NCBI GenBank assembly: GCA_965243205.1
Contig: CBDEUK010000002.1
Span: forward strand, 1,472,001-1,536,000
DNA: 64,000 nt
Direction of reading: 5' to 3'
Origin: Gammaproteobacteria bacterium
GTDB lineage: Bacteria > Pseudomonadota > Gammaproteobacteria > Eutrophobiales > Eutrophobiaceae
The notes beneath the pieces were generated by a model. That model saw only the letters and a program-made list of their open reading frames with translations. It ran no database searches and was not told the DNA's origin. Positions 29,867-39,429 of the stretch are shown here, piece after piece; positions within the stretch are counted from its first letter, which is position 1, and each line of letters begins with the position of its first letter. A program made the translations under genes and the position numbers.

Positions 29867-30400
29867 TTAAGAGCTAATTGAACCTTCATATAAACTATGA
29901 GGATAATATTCTTTAATCAAAATAACGGGTAATTTATGGACATAAATTAAATATCGTTTTTCAGTAATCGTATTATCATTCGGAAATTTACTATAAATTT
30001 CTGTATCAAAAATTTCATGATTACTGACAATCTCTCGATAGGTTTCTAAATGACATTGTTTAATGATATTGCCGATGCCAATATTTTTTTGCATAAATAA
30101 ATCTACCACATCTGAATCTAATAAATTTGTTCTGATGTAAGAAAGGGCATAAGCATAGTGCTTTTTAGAATGCAGACCTTTTAAAAATACTGCGCGTTCA
30201 AGAATCGTTTCATTTTTTTCAACATCCTTCCAATCAAGAGGAGGCATGCTCATCTCCTGCTCTATAAATTCTATATCAACAGGCTCATTAAAAATCGACT
30301 CCAATAAACCCATAACTGAACCTTCGTTATTTACGATTAATTTTAATAACTTGGATTCAATGATGTTTTCTTGTTCAGATTGTAATACTGAGTTACTCAT
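29867..30400 (-). CDS. Chorismate pyruvate-lyase-like (UTRA fold, DUF98-type) protein
   Basis: EGSVM.LLE, R.V.L, YALS, IG.II, ETYREI, RY.I, I.EYY pattern. Confidence 0.65.
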   Translation of the reverse strand: MSNSVLQSEQENIIESKLLKLIVNNEGSVMGLLESIFNEPVDIEFIEQEMSMPPLDWKDVEKNETILERAVFLKGLHSKKHYAYALSYIRTNLLDSDVVDLFMQKNIGIGNIIKQCHLETYREIVSNHEIFDTEIYSKFPNDNTITEKRYLIYVHKLPVILIKEYYPHSLYEGSISS

Positions 30401-30467
30401 GCCCGAAAAACCTTCTGTTAGAAAGCTTATTATAATGTAATGTAAGAAAAATACCGAATAGAAATAA

Positions 30468-31409
30468 TTAACGAGAAGTTAATTTTTTTACGATATTTTC
30501 TGCTAAGACTTGTATCGTCGATATGCTGCCGTAAGGCCAATTTTCCTTCAACTGAATCAATTGCGTATTAGAGTTATTAACATCGACTATTTGATTAGAG
30601 CATACTCCGTAGCAAAATAAATAGTCAGGAGAACTATTATGTATTTCTTGTCGAGTAATGTTTTGCTCACCAAATTTGGTTTCTTTTGAAATAACTAAAT
30701 TTTTTAATCCTAAATACTCAACACCCCAACCTATAATACTATGAGGTGAATACGCAATCATATTCCCATCTGAAAATCTTCTTGCAACAATCACAGAAGG
30801 CATATCATATCCAAAATGTTTTTGAAGCGAATCTTTATATTTATTTAATTTATTTTTTAAATTTGTAACTAATTTATCTGACAAAGATTGTTTCTTAAAT
30901 ATTTCAGAAATTTGTTTATTCCTTTTTAGTACAATTTCGCCATTACTATTAAATCGTGAGCTAAAATTTTGATAATATAATACTTTGGTTATTCTTGATA
31001 ATGGTCTAGATAAATTTTTCTGATCAGTCCCTAAAATAATCAAATCAGGTTTAAGCGCAGAAATTACCGCAAGTGATGGAGATTGTCGTAGACCAATATC
31101 TTTAATCGTTTGAGGTAAATTTGAAAACGGCGAATATTTTTTATATTGCTCTATTTCAGGAGCACCAATCGGAATAATATCTAAATCTAATAATTGTTCT
31201 AATAAAGTCCAATCGGTAACAACCACACGTTTTGGTGGCTCAATAAAATAATGTTTGCCAAATGAATCAACCACCATATATGTTTGATCATTGGCTATCT
31301 TTTCAGCAATAGATAAATCTGAAAAGAAGAGTAGAACTAAAAATACAAATTTATAGAAGTTTAAATTGCAAATAGTAAGCTTGGATAAAAGATGCTGCAA
31401 AGCTAACAC
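30468..31409 (-). CDS. Iron-siderophore-type ABC substrate-binding protein (start uncertain)
   Basis: PKRVVVTDW..LE.LL.L...PIG, IG.RQSPSL..I.ALKPDLII. Confidence 0.75.
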   Translation of the reverse strand: MLALQHLLSKLTICNLNFYKFVFLVLLFFSDLSIAEKIANDQTYMVVDSFGKHYFIEPPKRVVVTDWTLLEQLLDLDIIPIGAPEIEQYKKYSPFSNLPQTIKDIGLRQSPSLAVISALKPDLIILGTDQKNLSRPLSRITKVLYYQNFSSRFNSNGEIVLKRNKQISEIFKKQSLSDKLVTNLKNKLNKYKDSLQKHFGYDMPSVIVARRFSDGNMIAYSPHSIIGWGVEYLGLKNLVISKETKFGEQNITRQEIHNSSPDYLFCYGVCSNQIVDVNNSNTQLIQLKENWPYGSISTIQVLAENIVKKLTSR

Positions 31410-31448
31410 CTCGCATTATAAAACTAAGTAGAATGATTCTAGTAATTA

Positions 31449-32663
31449 CTAAGCAACATTCACGCTTCGAGGTTCTGAGTCTTTTAAAGCAACCAACGCA
31501 AGCAGTCCTACAATCATCATTCCACTCACTGCATAGAGTGGAATAGCAAAGCTTCCAGTAAAATGTGCCAAATTACCAAATGAAATGGGAGATAGAATCT
31601 GTGCTATACAATAACCAAGTGTTAATTGAGCCATCACTTGTGTTGCTCGTGTTCCGTATAATCGTCCGACCGTACTTAAGGTCAGTGATACAATGCCAAT
31701 GAAGGTAAACCCAAATAACACACTAGCAATTATGGTTGTATATAAATTAACTTGAGAAGCCAAAACTAAATTACCAACGATATTTAAAATAAACGCCGCT
31801 CTTAATGCATTGAGGCTACCTATTCGTTTAGCAATTTTGTCCCAGAAAACTGGAGCAATGACAACTGAAACTCCAACCACTAACCAGATTCGTGCACCCA
31901 ATCCAACTAATGGTTGTAACTCTGCCATTAATGATGAAAATGTTACATTTAATGTATTACTAAAACCTGCACAGAAATATGCAATCGACAAAAACCATAA
32001 CCATGTTTTGGATGGTGGATCGACTTTCACTAACATCTCACCTTCTCTTGCCATTTCTACTTCTTTTTCTTTCGGCAAAGGTAAAAGAAAAAAAGCAGGA
32101 ATTAAAAATACAGCACCTATAGCTGCTAAAGCCACCCACTGAAGTCGCCAATTTAAATCGATAAACGATTCAATCGATGTTAGATCAACGGTCAATGCAC
32201 ACACAATGATACCAAAACCAATGCCCGTAAAATGCAATCCTAACTCACCTTCGATATGGTTATGATGTAACCAATTCATGATTAAACCAGTACCTAACAT
32301 AAATATAACCGCTGTACTTACACCCGCAATAAAACGACTGGCATACCAAACTAATCGATGGTCATGTGCTGCCATCATTAAAGTAACTAAGACAGCAACT
32401 ACTAATGCATATCGATACATGAAATCTTTGGTTCGCAAATCAGTAATCAACCAAACAATAAATAAGCCTACTAAATAACCCATGTAGTTCCAGCCCGCTA
32501 ACCAACCCGCTAAACTTTTATCCATAGATGTTTGTTCTAGCATTTCAGGAATCATTGGAGTAAATGCATAACGCGCAATGCCCATACCTAAAATAAGTGA
32601 ACATATTCCTGCAAACAAAACTGAATAATGATTTGCTTTAATCACTGAATTCTCCAAAAGCAA
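31449..32663 (-). CDS. YbfB/YjiJ family MFS transporter
   Basis: MGIARYAFTPMIP, AGWLAGWNYMGYLVG; about 12 TM segments. Confidence 0.85.
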   Translation of the reverse strand: MLLENSVIKANHYSVLFAGICSLILGMGIARYAFTPMIPEMLEQTSMDKSLAGWLAGWNYMGYLVGLFIVWLITDLRTKDFMYRYALVVAVLVTLMMAAHDHRLVWYASRFIAGVSTAVIFMLGTGLIMNWLHHNHIEGELGLHFTGIGFGIIVCALTVDLTSIESFIDLNWRLQWVALAAIGAVFLIPAFFLLPLPKEKEVEMAREGEMLVKVDPPSKTWLWFLSIAYFCAGFSNTLNVTFSSLMAELQPLVGLGARIWLVVGVSVVIAPVFWDKIAKRIGSLNALRAAFILNIVGNLVLASQVNLYTTIIASVLFGFTFIGIVSLTLSTVGRLYGTRATQVMAQLTLGYCIAQILSPISFGNLAHFTGSFAIPLYAVSGMMIVGLLALVALKDSEPRSVNVA

Positions 32664-32705
32664 AAGCTTTTAATTGACCAATTAATAATTTCATATAAAC
32701 ACGCA

Positions 32706-33326
32706 TTACAATAAAGTCCGAATACGCGCGGCTAATTCATTTGATGTCGTGCTATGTCTCATAGCATCAATCAATTCACCGTTTTTATCGATCACATAAT
32801 AACGAGATGTGTGATCAAAAATATATTGAACCTTCGCATCTATTGGTACTTCACTAAAAAAAGCACCATACTGATTTGCGACTGTTCGAATTGACTCTTC
32901 AGTACCTGTTAAGCCTATAATGCTTCTATGATAATACTGTCCAAATTCATCTAATGCGTCTGCTGTATCACGTTTGGGATCAATCGTAATCAATAATGGT
33001 TGTACTTGTTTCAGTTCTGTTTCATTTAATGTATTCAAAGTTTGTTGATATATTGCCATTGAAGCAGGGCATACTTCTGGGCAATGTAAAAAACCAAAAT
33101 ACATTAAAACGACTTTACCTTTAAAATCCGATAACGAAACATCACCCGTTTTTCCCTGTAAAGTAAAATCGCCACCCAAAACTTTAGGCGTTGTACTTAA
33201 AACACCACGTTCAGTGGTTGTCACTAAAACAATAATCAAAGTTGTTATACAAGCTAAACCAGTAACAACTATCCAAGGCAAAATTCTTTGCGCCGATATT
33301 TGTTCATTTACTATGGTTTCTTGCAT
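32706..33326 (-). CDS. SCO1/SenC copper chaperone
   Basis: YFGFLHCPEVCP, ITIDPKRDT, DHT. Confidence 0.9.
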   Translation of the reverse strand: MQETIVNEQISAQRILPWIVVTGLACITTLIIVLVTTTERGVLSTTPKVLGGDFTLQGKTGDVSLSDFKGKVVLMYFGFLHCPEVCPASMAIYQQTLNTLNETELKQVQPLLITIDPKRDTADALDEFGQYYHRSIIGLTGTEESIRTVANQYGAFFSEVPIDAKVQYIFDHTSRYYVIDKNGELIDAMRHSTTSNELAARIRTLL

Positions 33327-33350
33327 AAATAAAATCTAACTAATTAAAAT

Positions 33351-33680
33351 TTAGTGTCCCATTAACATGTTATGATTCAAGTGCGCCATAATCCAAATTG
33401 ATCCAACAATTAAAATCGCTACTAACACGACTACGAATACAGCTGAAACGACATTCCACATTTGTTCAGAAGAAGTATTCATATGTAAAAAGAAAACGAG
33501 CTGAACAAATACTTGGGCTACAGCACATAATAAAATAATGCCTATGGCGACTGGGCCAGTTAACACACCTGTCATTACTATTCCAAATGGAACAGCTGTT
33601 AAAATGATCGATAAGATCAATCCATTAACATATTCTTTTACGCTGCCATGTGCAGCACCACCTGCTGAATGACTACCCAT
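33351..33680 (-). CDS. cyoD: Cytochrome bo3 ubiquinol oxidase subunit IV
   Basis: [27 protein letters not shown]; start at ATG 33680. Confidence 0.93.
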   Translation of the reverse strand: MGSHSAGGAAHGSVKEYVNGLILSIILTAVPFGIVMTGVLTGPVAIGIILLCAVAQVFVQLVFFLHMNTSSEQMWNVVSAVFVVVLVAILIVGSIWIMAHLNHNMLMGH

Positions 33681-34303
33681 TACATGACTCCCATTAAGAA
33701 AACGACACTGAACACACAAATCCAAATAATATCTAAAAAGTGCCAGAACAAGCTTAAACACATTAAACGCGTTTTATTATGTAAAGTTAATCCATCTCGC
33801 ATTATGTGAAGCACTAAAAATATCATCCATAACATACCAAAAAATACGTGCAGACCATGTGTACCAATCAAACCATAAAACGCAGACCATGCACCACTAC
33901 TCCAAGCAGCCGCTCCTTCATGGGTAAAATGAATAAACTCATTCACTTCCATAAATAAGAAACCTAAACCTAATAGGAAGGTTGCACCTAGCCATTGGTA
34001 TAAGCCACGAAAGTTTTTTACATTAGCTGCCAACATTGCCATACCAAAGGTAAAACTACTTAATAGAAGTAATGCCGTTTCACCTAACACATATGTTAAA
34101 TCAAATAATTCATGTGCATCTGGTGTACCGTAATAATTTCCACCAATCACAGCATATACTGCGAATAAACACGCAAACAAAATACAATCGCTTAAAATAT
34201 AAACCCAAAAACCAAATACGGTATCACCTGCATAATCATGATGATGCTCTTCTTCGATATAACCCGTATAGCCTTCAGGTATTGGTTGTGGTTTAAAGTC
34301 CAT
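33680..34303 (-). CDS. cyoC: Cytochrome bo3 ubiquinol oxidase subunit III
   Basis: [35 protein letters not shown]. Confidence 0.95.
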   Translation of the reverse strand: MDFKPQPIPEGYTGYIEEEHHHDYAGDTVFGFWVYILSDCILFACLFAVYAVIGGNYYGTPDAHELFDLTYVLGETALLLLSSFTFGMAMLAANVKNFRGLYQWLGATFLLGLGFLFMEVNEFIHFTHEGAAAWSSGAWSAFYGLIGTHGLHVFFGMLWMIFLVLHIMRDGLTLHNKTRLMCLSLFWHFLDIIWICVFSVVFLMGVM

Positions 34304-34348
34304 AAATCAATTTACCATTACATTCATTAATAATTTAATTGAAGATTC

Positions 34349-36427
34349 CTACAAACTGATAGCTAAACCTTCTTCATCAATCTCATCTTCATCGGCACGT
34401 GGTTTTTGTTTTGCACGTTCTAAATCACGATAACGTTCAGCTTCGATCGCTTCTATAGTTGAAACATCAACATAATAACCATCACCTTTAGTAAAGTTAT
34501 AAACGATAAAAGAACCAACCATAGCAATAGAACTTAGAATCGCTGCCCACCAAATATGCCAAACCATTGCTAGCCCCATACCCATGCAAAACATAGAAAT
34601 AACAACACCTGCCCAGGTATTACTTGGCATGTGAATTTTGTTGTATGAATCAGGTTTATTATGAGCTAAACCTTGTTCTTTCATATCCCACCAATGATCG
34701 CGGTCACGAACCTGTGGGACTTTTGCAAAGTTATAAAAAGGAGGTGGAGAAGAAGTAGACCACTCTAAAGTACGACCACCCCATGGATCACCCGTTAGAT
34801 CTTTATTCTTATTTTGATCACGAATACTTGCAAACATTTGATAGAACTGAATGAGTATTGCACACAGAACGATGCCTGCACCTAATGCAGCAACCAATAA
34901 CCACGAATTCCATACTGGATTATCGTAGTAATTTAAGCGTCTAGTCATACCCATGAAGCCAAGTACATATAACGGCATGAAAGCTAAGAAGAAACCAATC
35001 GTCCATAATGCACAAGCCCATTTGCCTAAGGTTTCATCTAAGGTAAAGCCAGTAGCCTTTGGCCACCAATAAGCAATACCTGCAAAGTAACCAAACAATG
35101 AACCACCAATGATCACATTATGAAAATGCGCAATTAAGAACAAACTATTATGGAAAACATAATTAGCTGCTGGGATCGCTAACATCACACCTGTCATGCC
35201 ACCAATCGTAAAGGTAATAAAGAAAGCAACAGTCCACCACATTGGCGAATCGTATTGGACTTTACCTTTGTACATGGTGAATAACCAATTAAACAATTTC
35301 ACACCCGTTGGTATTGAAATAACCATGGTGGCAATGCCAAAGAACGTATTTACATTAGCACCTGCGCCCATAGTAAAAAAGTGATGTAACCAAACAACAA
35401 AAGACAAGAGCATGATGCATGCAGTCGCCCAAACTAATGAGGTGTAACCAAATAATCGTTTACGTGAAAAAGTTGCTGTAACTTCTGAGAAAATACCGAA
35501 CGCAGGTAAGATCAAGATATAGACTTCAGGATGTCCCCAAGCCCATATCAGATTCACATACATCATTTGATTACCGCCCATATCGCCAGTAAAAAAATGT
35601 GTACCGATATATCGATCTAACGTTAATAAAGTAATACAAACCGTCAATATAGGGAATGCAACTACAATTAACACATTGGCGCATAATGAAGTCCAAGTGA
35701 ATACAGGCATCTTCATTAAGGTCACACCTGGAGCTCGCATACGTAATATCGTTACTACAAAGTTAACACCTGTTAGCAGCGTTCCGATCCCAGATATCTG
35801 TAAACTCCATAACCAATAATCCACTCCTACCCATGGACTGTATTCCAATGTTGATAATGGTGGATACGCTAACCATCCTGTAGCAGCAAATTCGCCTAGG
35901 AATAGCGAGATGTTCATCATTAACGCACCAGCAACAAACAACCAAAAACTTAATGAGTTTAGAAACGGAAATGCAACATCACGTGCACCGATCTGTAACG
36001 GCACAACTATATTCATCAAGCCTACGATGATCGGCATCGCCACGAAGAAGATCATGATCACACCATGCGCAGTAAAGATCTGATCATAATGTTCAGGCGG
36101 CAAATAACCGGCGCCACTTTCACTGGCAACAGCAATCGCTTGATGTGATCGCATTAACAAGGCATCTGAAAAACCTCGTAACAACATAATGATGGCCGTA
36201 AAGATATACATGATGCCGATCTTTTTATGATCAACAGATGTAAACCATTCATCCCATAAATACTTCCACTTTCCGTAATAAGTTAATGCGCCTAAAAGAC
36301 CAAGCGAACCAATCATTACGACTGAAAATGTAGTGACTAAAATAGGATCATGATAAGGAACAGAATCAAATGTTAATTTACCGTACAACCAATGCGGATC
36401 GGTAACAACTGTGTGATTACTCGCCAT
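34349..36427 (-). CDS. cyoB: Cytochrome bo3 ubiquinol oxidase subunit I
   Basis: [41 protein letters not shown]; start at ATG 36427. Confidence 0.96.
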   Translation of the reverse strand: MASNHTVVTDPHWLYGKLTFDSVPYHDPILVTTFSVVMIGSLGLLGALTYYGKWKYLWDEWFTSVDHKKIGIMYIFTAIIMLLRGFSDALLMRSHQAIAVASESGAGYLPPEHYDQIFTAHGVIMIFFVAMPIIVGLMNIVVPLQIGARDVAFPFLNSLSFWLFVAGALMMNISLFLGEFAATGWLAYPPLSTLEYSPWVGVDYWLWSLQISGIGTLLTGVNFVVTILRMRAPGVTLMKMPVFTWTSLCANVLIVVAFPILTVCITLLTLDRYIGTHFFTGDMGGNQMMYVNLIWAWGHPEVYILILPAFGIFSEVTATFSRKRLFGYTSLVWATACIMLLSFVVWLHHFFTMGAGANVNTFFGIATMVISIPTGVKLFNWLFTMYKGKVQYDSPMWWTVAFFITFTIGGMTGVMLAIPAANYVFHNSLFLIAHFHNVIIGGSLFGYFAGIAYWWPKATGFTLDETLGKWACALWTIGFFLAFMPLYVLGFMGMTRRLNYYDNPVWNSWLLVAALGAGIVLCAILIQFYQMFASIRDQNKNKDLTGDPWGGRTLEWSTSSPPPFYNFAKVPQVRDRDHWWDMKEQGLAHNKPDSYNKIHMPSNTWAGVVISMFCMGMGLAMVWHIWWAAILSSIAMVGSFIVYNFTKGDGYYVDVSTIEAIEAERYRDLERAKQKPRADEDEIDEEGLAISL

Positions 36428-37271
36428 TAAAACCTCCAGTAAACGACTCAATGATGTCACTAAATAACAATGGATTTACCGAAGCAAAATACATTGGTTT
36501 TACATCACGGGATTTTTCTAATAAATATTCGTATTCGGCTTTGTCTAATACCTTCTCAGATGCCTTCACATCATCAATCCATTTTTGGAATCCTGACTCA
36601 TCTGTAGCAATCGCATTAAATTTCATACCTGAAAAACCGAAGCCACTATAGTTTGCAGAAAATCCTGGATACTCACCTTGTTCAGATGCCATTAAGTGCA
36701 CACGATTTTCCATACCAGACATTGCATAAATTTGTGTTCCAAGATGCGGGATAAAAAATGAATTCATTACTGTTGCAGAGGTGACTAAAAATTCAACTGG
36801 CGTGTCTACAGGCATCGCCATTTCATTTATAGTCGCAATTTCATGTTCTGGATAAATAAATAACCACTTCCAATCCAATGCAACAACCTGAACAACCATA
36901 GTTGCTTTATCGGATTCAATGGGTTGGCGTGGATCTAAAGAGTGAGATGAAACATAGGTTATCCAACCTAGTGCAACAATGATTGCTATTGGAATGGACC
37001 AAACAACAAACTCAATTAAGTTTGAATGCTCCCAATAAGGTTTGTATTCAGATTTTTCATTACTTGATCGATACTGAATCGGAAACCAAATACTCATAAT
37101 GATGACCGGTATTACAACAATTAACATTACCCATATTGAGGTAATGATAATGTCCATCTCTTGTTCTGCAATCGGTCCTTTGGGATCAAACAAAATATAA
37201 TTACAAGCTGATAACATTGATAACAACGCTATCAAGCCTAAAACTTTTATAACACGAAGGATCATCTTCAC
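36417..37271 (-). CDS. cyoA: Cytochrome bo3 ubiquinol oxidase subunit II
   Basis: LSAC lipobox, [28 protein letters not shown] (no CuA ligands). Confidence 0.95.
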   Translation of the reverse strand: MKMILRVIKVLGLIALLSMLSACNYILFDPKGPIAEQEMDIIITSIWVMLIVVIPVIIMSIWFPIQYRSSNEKSEYKPYWEHSNLIEFVVWSIPIAIIVALGWITYVSSHSLDPRQPIESDKATMVVQVVALDWKWLFIYPEHEIATINEMAMPVDTPVEFLVTSATVMNSFFIPHLGTQIYAMSGMENRVHLMASEQGEYPGFSANYSGFGFSGMKFNAIATDESGFQKWIDDVKASEKVLDKAEYEYLLEKSRDVKPMYFASVNPLLFSDIIESFTGGFNGE

Positions 37272-37293
37272 TCTCTAATTAATAACTATTTAC

Positions 37294-37857
37294 TTAACTC
37301 TTGTTTACAGGTTTTAACTTACCAGCCAATTTATCTGTAGCGTCCAAAACTTTATTTACTCCAGACCCAAGCAGTAATAATTTCTCCAATCGATTTGATT
37401 TGAGGGTTTGCATATCTTTTGCCCAAGACACCAAAAGCTCTAAAATGTCATGCATTTCCGTTATCCGTTTAACTGCATACTCATCTGGCTCGTTATCCGA
37501 CTCTTTCAACAGCATATTTCTAAGTTTTGATAGCGTTGGGTCGATTTCTCGTTTACGTCTTTCTTCAATTAACGTGCCAGCTATTTCCCATAAATCGTCA
37601 GGAACACTGAAATAATCCTTTCGATCGCCACTAATTTGAACTGGAATCAACAAATTCCATGCATGCAGCTCTTTCAAACTGATGCTCACATTAGAACGAG
37701 ACAAATCCAGAATTTCTCCGATTTGCTCTGCGTTTAGAGGTTCTTCATGAATTAGTAATAATCCACAAATTTGACCAACCGTTTTATTGACCCCCCAACG
37801 GCTTCCCATTTCTCCAAAATGTTGGATAAACGACTTTGCTAACGGACTTACACTCAT
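37294..37857 (-). CDS. GbsR/MarR family transcriptional regulator (CydE-like)
   Basis: FIQHFGEMGSRWGVN, SRSNVS..LKEL..W, GDRKDYF, ERRKREIDPTL. Confidence 0.88.
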   Translation of the reverse strand: MSVSPLAKSFIQHFGEMGSRWGVNKTVGQICGLLLIHEEPLNAEQIGEILDLSRSNVSISLKELHAWNLLIPVQISGDRKDYFSVPDDLWEIAGTLIEERRKREIDPTLSKLRNMLLKESDNEPDEYAVKRITEMHDILELLVSWAKDMQTLKSNRLEKLLLLGSGVNKVLDATDKLAGKLKPVNKS

Positions 37858-37905
37858 CTGTGCCTCCAGTCTTTGCTAAAGTTTAAAATTCTTATATTTT
37901 TTAAT

Positions 37906-37923
37906 TTTCAGAAATTATTGAAA
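37906..37923. promoter_or_regulatory. Putative GbsR/CydE-type operator
   Basis: TTTCA-GAAATTAT-TGAAA inverted repeat about 50 bp upstream of the regulator. Confidence 0.6.
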
Positions 37924-38202
37924 TTATAGATTACAAAGAAAGGTTGCGCAAACCGCAAACATAGATAATCACGAGCTTCTACTAAGACAAAATCCGGAAA
38001 AACTAAAAGATTAAATTTTTCTAAACTGGAATAGAATCAAGCCTATATATGAATAAGCGAGTAACAGAACAGTATTTGCTTTCATACACTAACCTCTGCA
38101 TTATTGCGGTGATAAAAATAACTTGCCATCTTATCCCGGTCATCCTTCTTATACCGTTTTCCGGTTTATTCTGGCATCGAATAACAAATACAGGAGCCTG
38201 AG

Positions 38203-38688
38203 ATGCAACTTGGTAAAAATAAAGTTGGAATTATTCAATACACCTTGAAAGATGATAATGATGAAATCCTTGATCAATCCGATGAAAATGGATTTACATA
38301 TCTACACGATGCACAAAACCTAATTCCTGGTTTAGAAAGAGAACTAGATGGTAAACAAAAAGGCGATACCTTATCAGTCACTGTAAAACCAGAAGATGCT
38401 TATGGTGAACGTCAGTTAGAGGCGATTCAAACTGTTCCTCGTGAATTATTCCCCTCCGATCAAGAACTCGAAGTCGGCATGTCATTCCATGGAGAAGCTG
38501 AAGACGGCCACCCTATGATAGTAACAGTAACTGCTGTCGAAGCTGATAAAGTCACTATCGATGGTAATCATCCCCTTGCCGGCCAAACCTTACATTTTGA
38601 TGTGGCAATACTAGACGTACGAGATGCAACAGAAGAAGAACTAACGCATGGTCATGTTCACGGACATGATGGAAATGAAGAACACTAA
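38203..38688 (+). CDS. slyD: FKBP-type PPIase SlyD
   Basis: LIPGLE, PEDAYG, DGNHPLAG.TLHFDV, EELTHGHVHG. Confidence 0.93.
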   Translation: MQLGKNKVGIIQYTLKDDNDEILDQSDENGFTYLHDAQNLIPGLERELDGKQKGDTLSVTVKPEDAYGERQLEAIQTVPRELFPSDQELEVGMSFHGEAEDGHPMIVTVTAVEADKVTIDGNHPLAGQTLHFDVAILDVRDATEEELTHGHVHGHDGNEEH

Positions 38689-39377
38689 AACCTGTTAATT
38701 GAAATAGATCTAAACAGAATTACAAGAAAGCATAAGATTAAGAATATAAATGGAATTGGTACTTGTTTTGGAGAGGAAAATTCGACTACTACCTTTGGCC
38801 CAAGAAAAACTTGGCTAGTGCTTTGGAAACCATTCGCACGTATTTCATCATCAAAAGTATTCGATTGATTACCTTCTGAAGCAACTCTTAGATTTAATCC
38901 GAGTATTGATTCGTTTGAATCTAATAGACTTTGCATATAGCTAGTTATATCAACTATTAACGGTTCACTAAGGCTGTTCACATGAAATGATACTAATAAT
39001 ATATCACCAGCATCTGCATCAGTTAAATTCATCATGCCATCTCCAATGTAACCACGAAACTCTAGAGTTGGAGAATCACCTTTTTTAGTAGGGAAAAGCT
39101 GTATATTTGCTTGGTCAATTATTGCTCCTTCAGGAATGTTACTCAAATCGATTTCCAAAGCAGAACGGTAGGCATGCCGTTGACTCAAAAAATTAATATT
39201 ACGCCACCAGACTATAATAGAGGATAATGAAGCAACACTGGTAAATACTCCATCTCCATCAGAGTCATAAAAACTTGCATTAGCTATAACAGGTACTTCA
39301 AGTGTTTCTGCTGTAACGGTATTTGAGATCGCGCTACTTAATAGAGCTACTATTAAAAAGAATTTTAAAAACGTCAT
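38685..39377 (-). CDS. Exported protein with DNRLRE/CBM96-like segment and PEP-CTERM-like C-terminal anchor
   Basis: Signal peptide; RSALEIDLSNIPEGAIIDQANIQL; C-term VPIP + hydrophobic helix + basic tail. Confidence 0.55.
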   Translation of the reverse strand: MTFLKFFLIVALLSSAISNTVTAETLEVPVIANASFYDSDGDGVFTSVASLSSIIVWWRNINFLSQRHAYRSALEIDLSNIPEGAIIDQANIQLFPTKKGDSPTLEFRGYIGDGMMNLTDADAGDILLVSFHVNSLSEPLIVDITSYMQSLLDSNESILGLNLRVASEGNQSNTFDDEIRANGFQSTSQVFLGPKVVVEFSSPKQVPIPFIFLILCFLVILFRSISINRF

Positions 39378-39429
39378 TGCATATCCTTATCAGTAAACAA
39401 ATTTTACTATCTCACGTTATTCTATAGAA

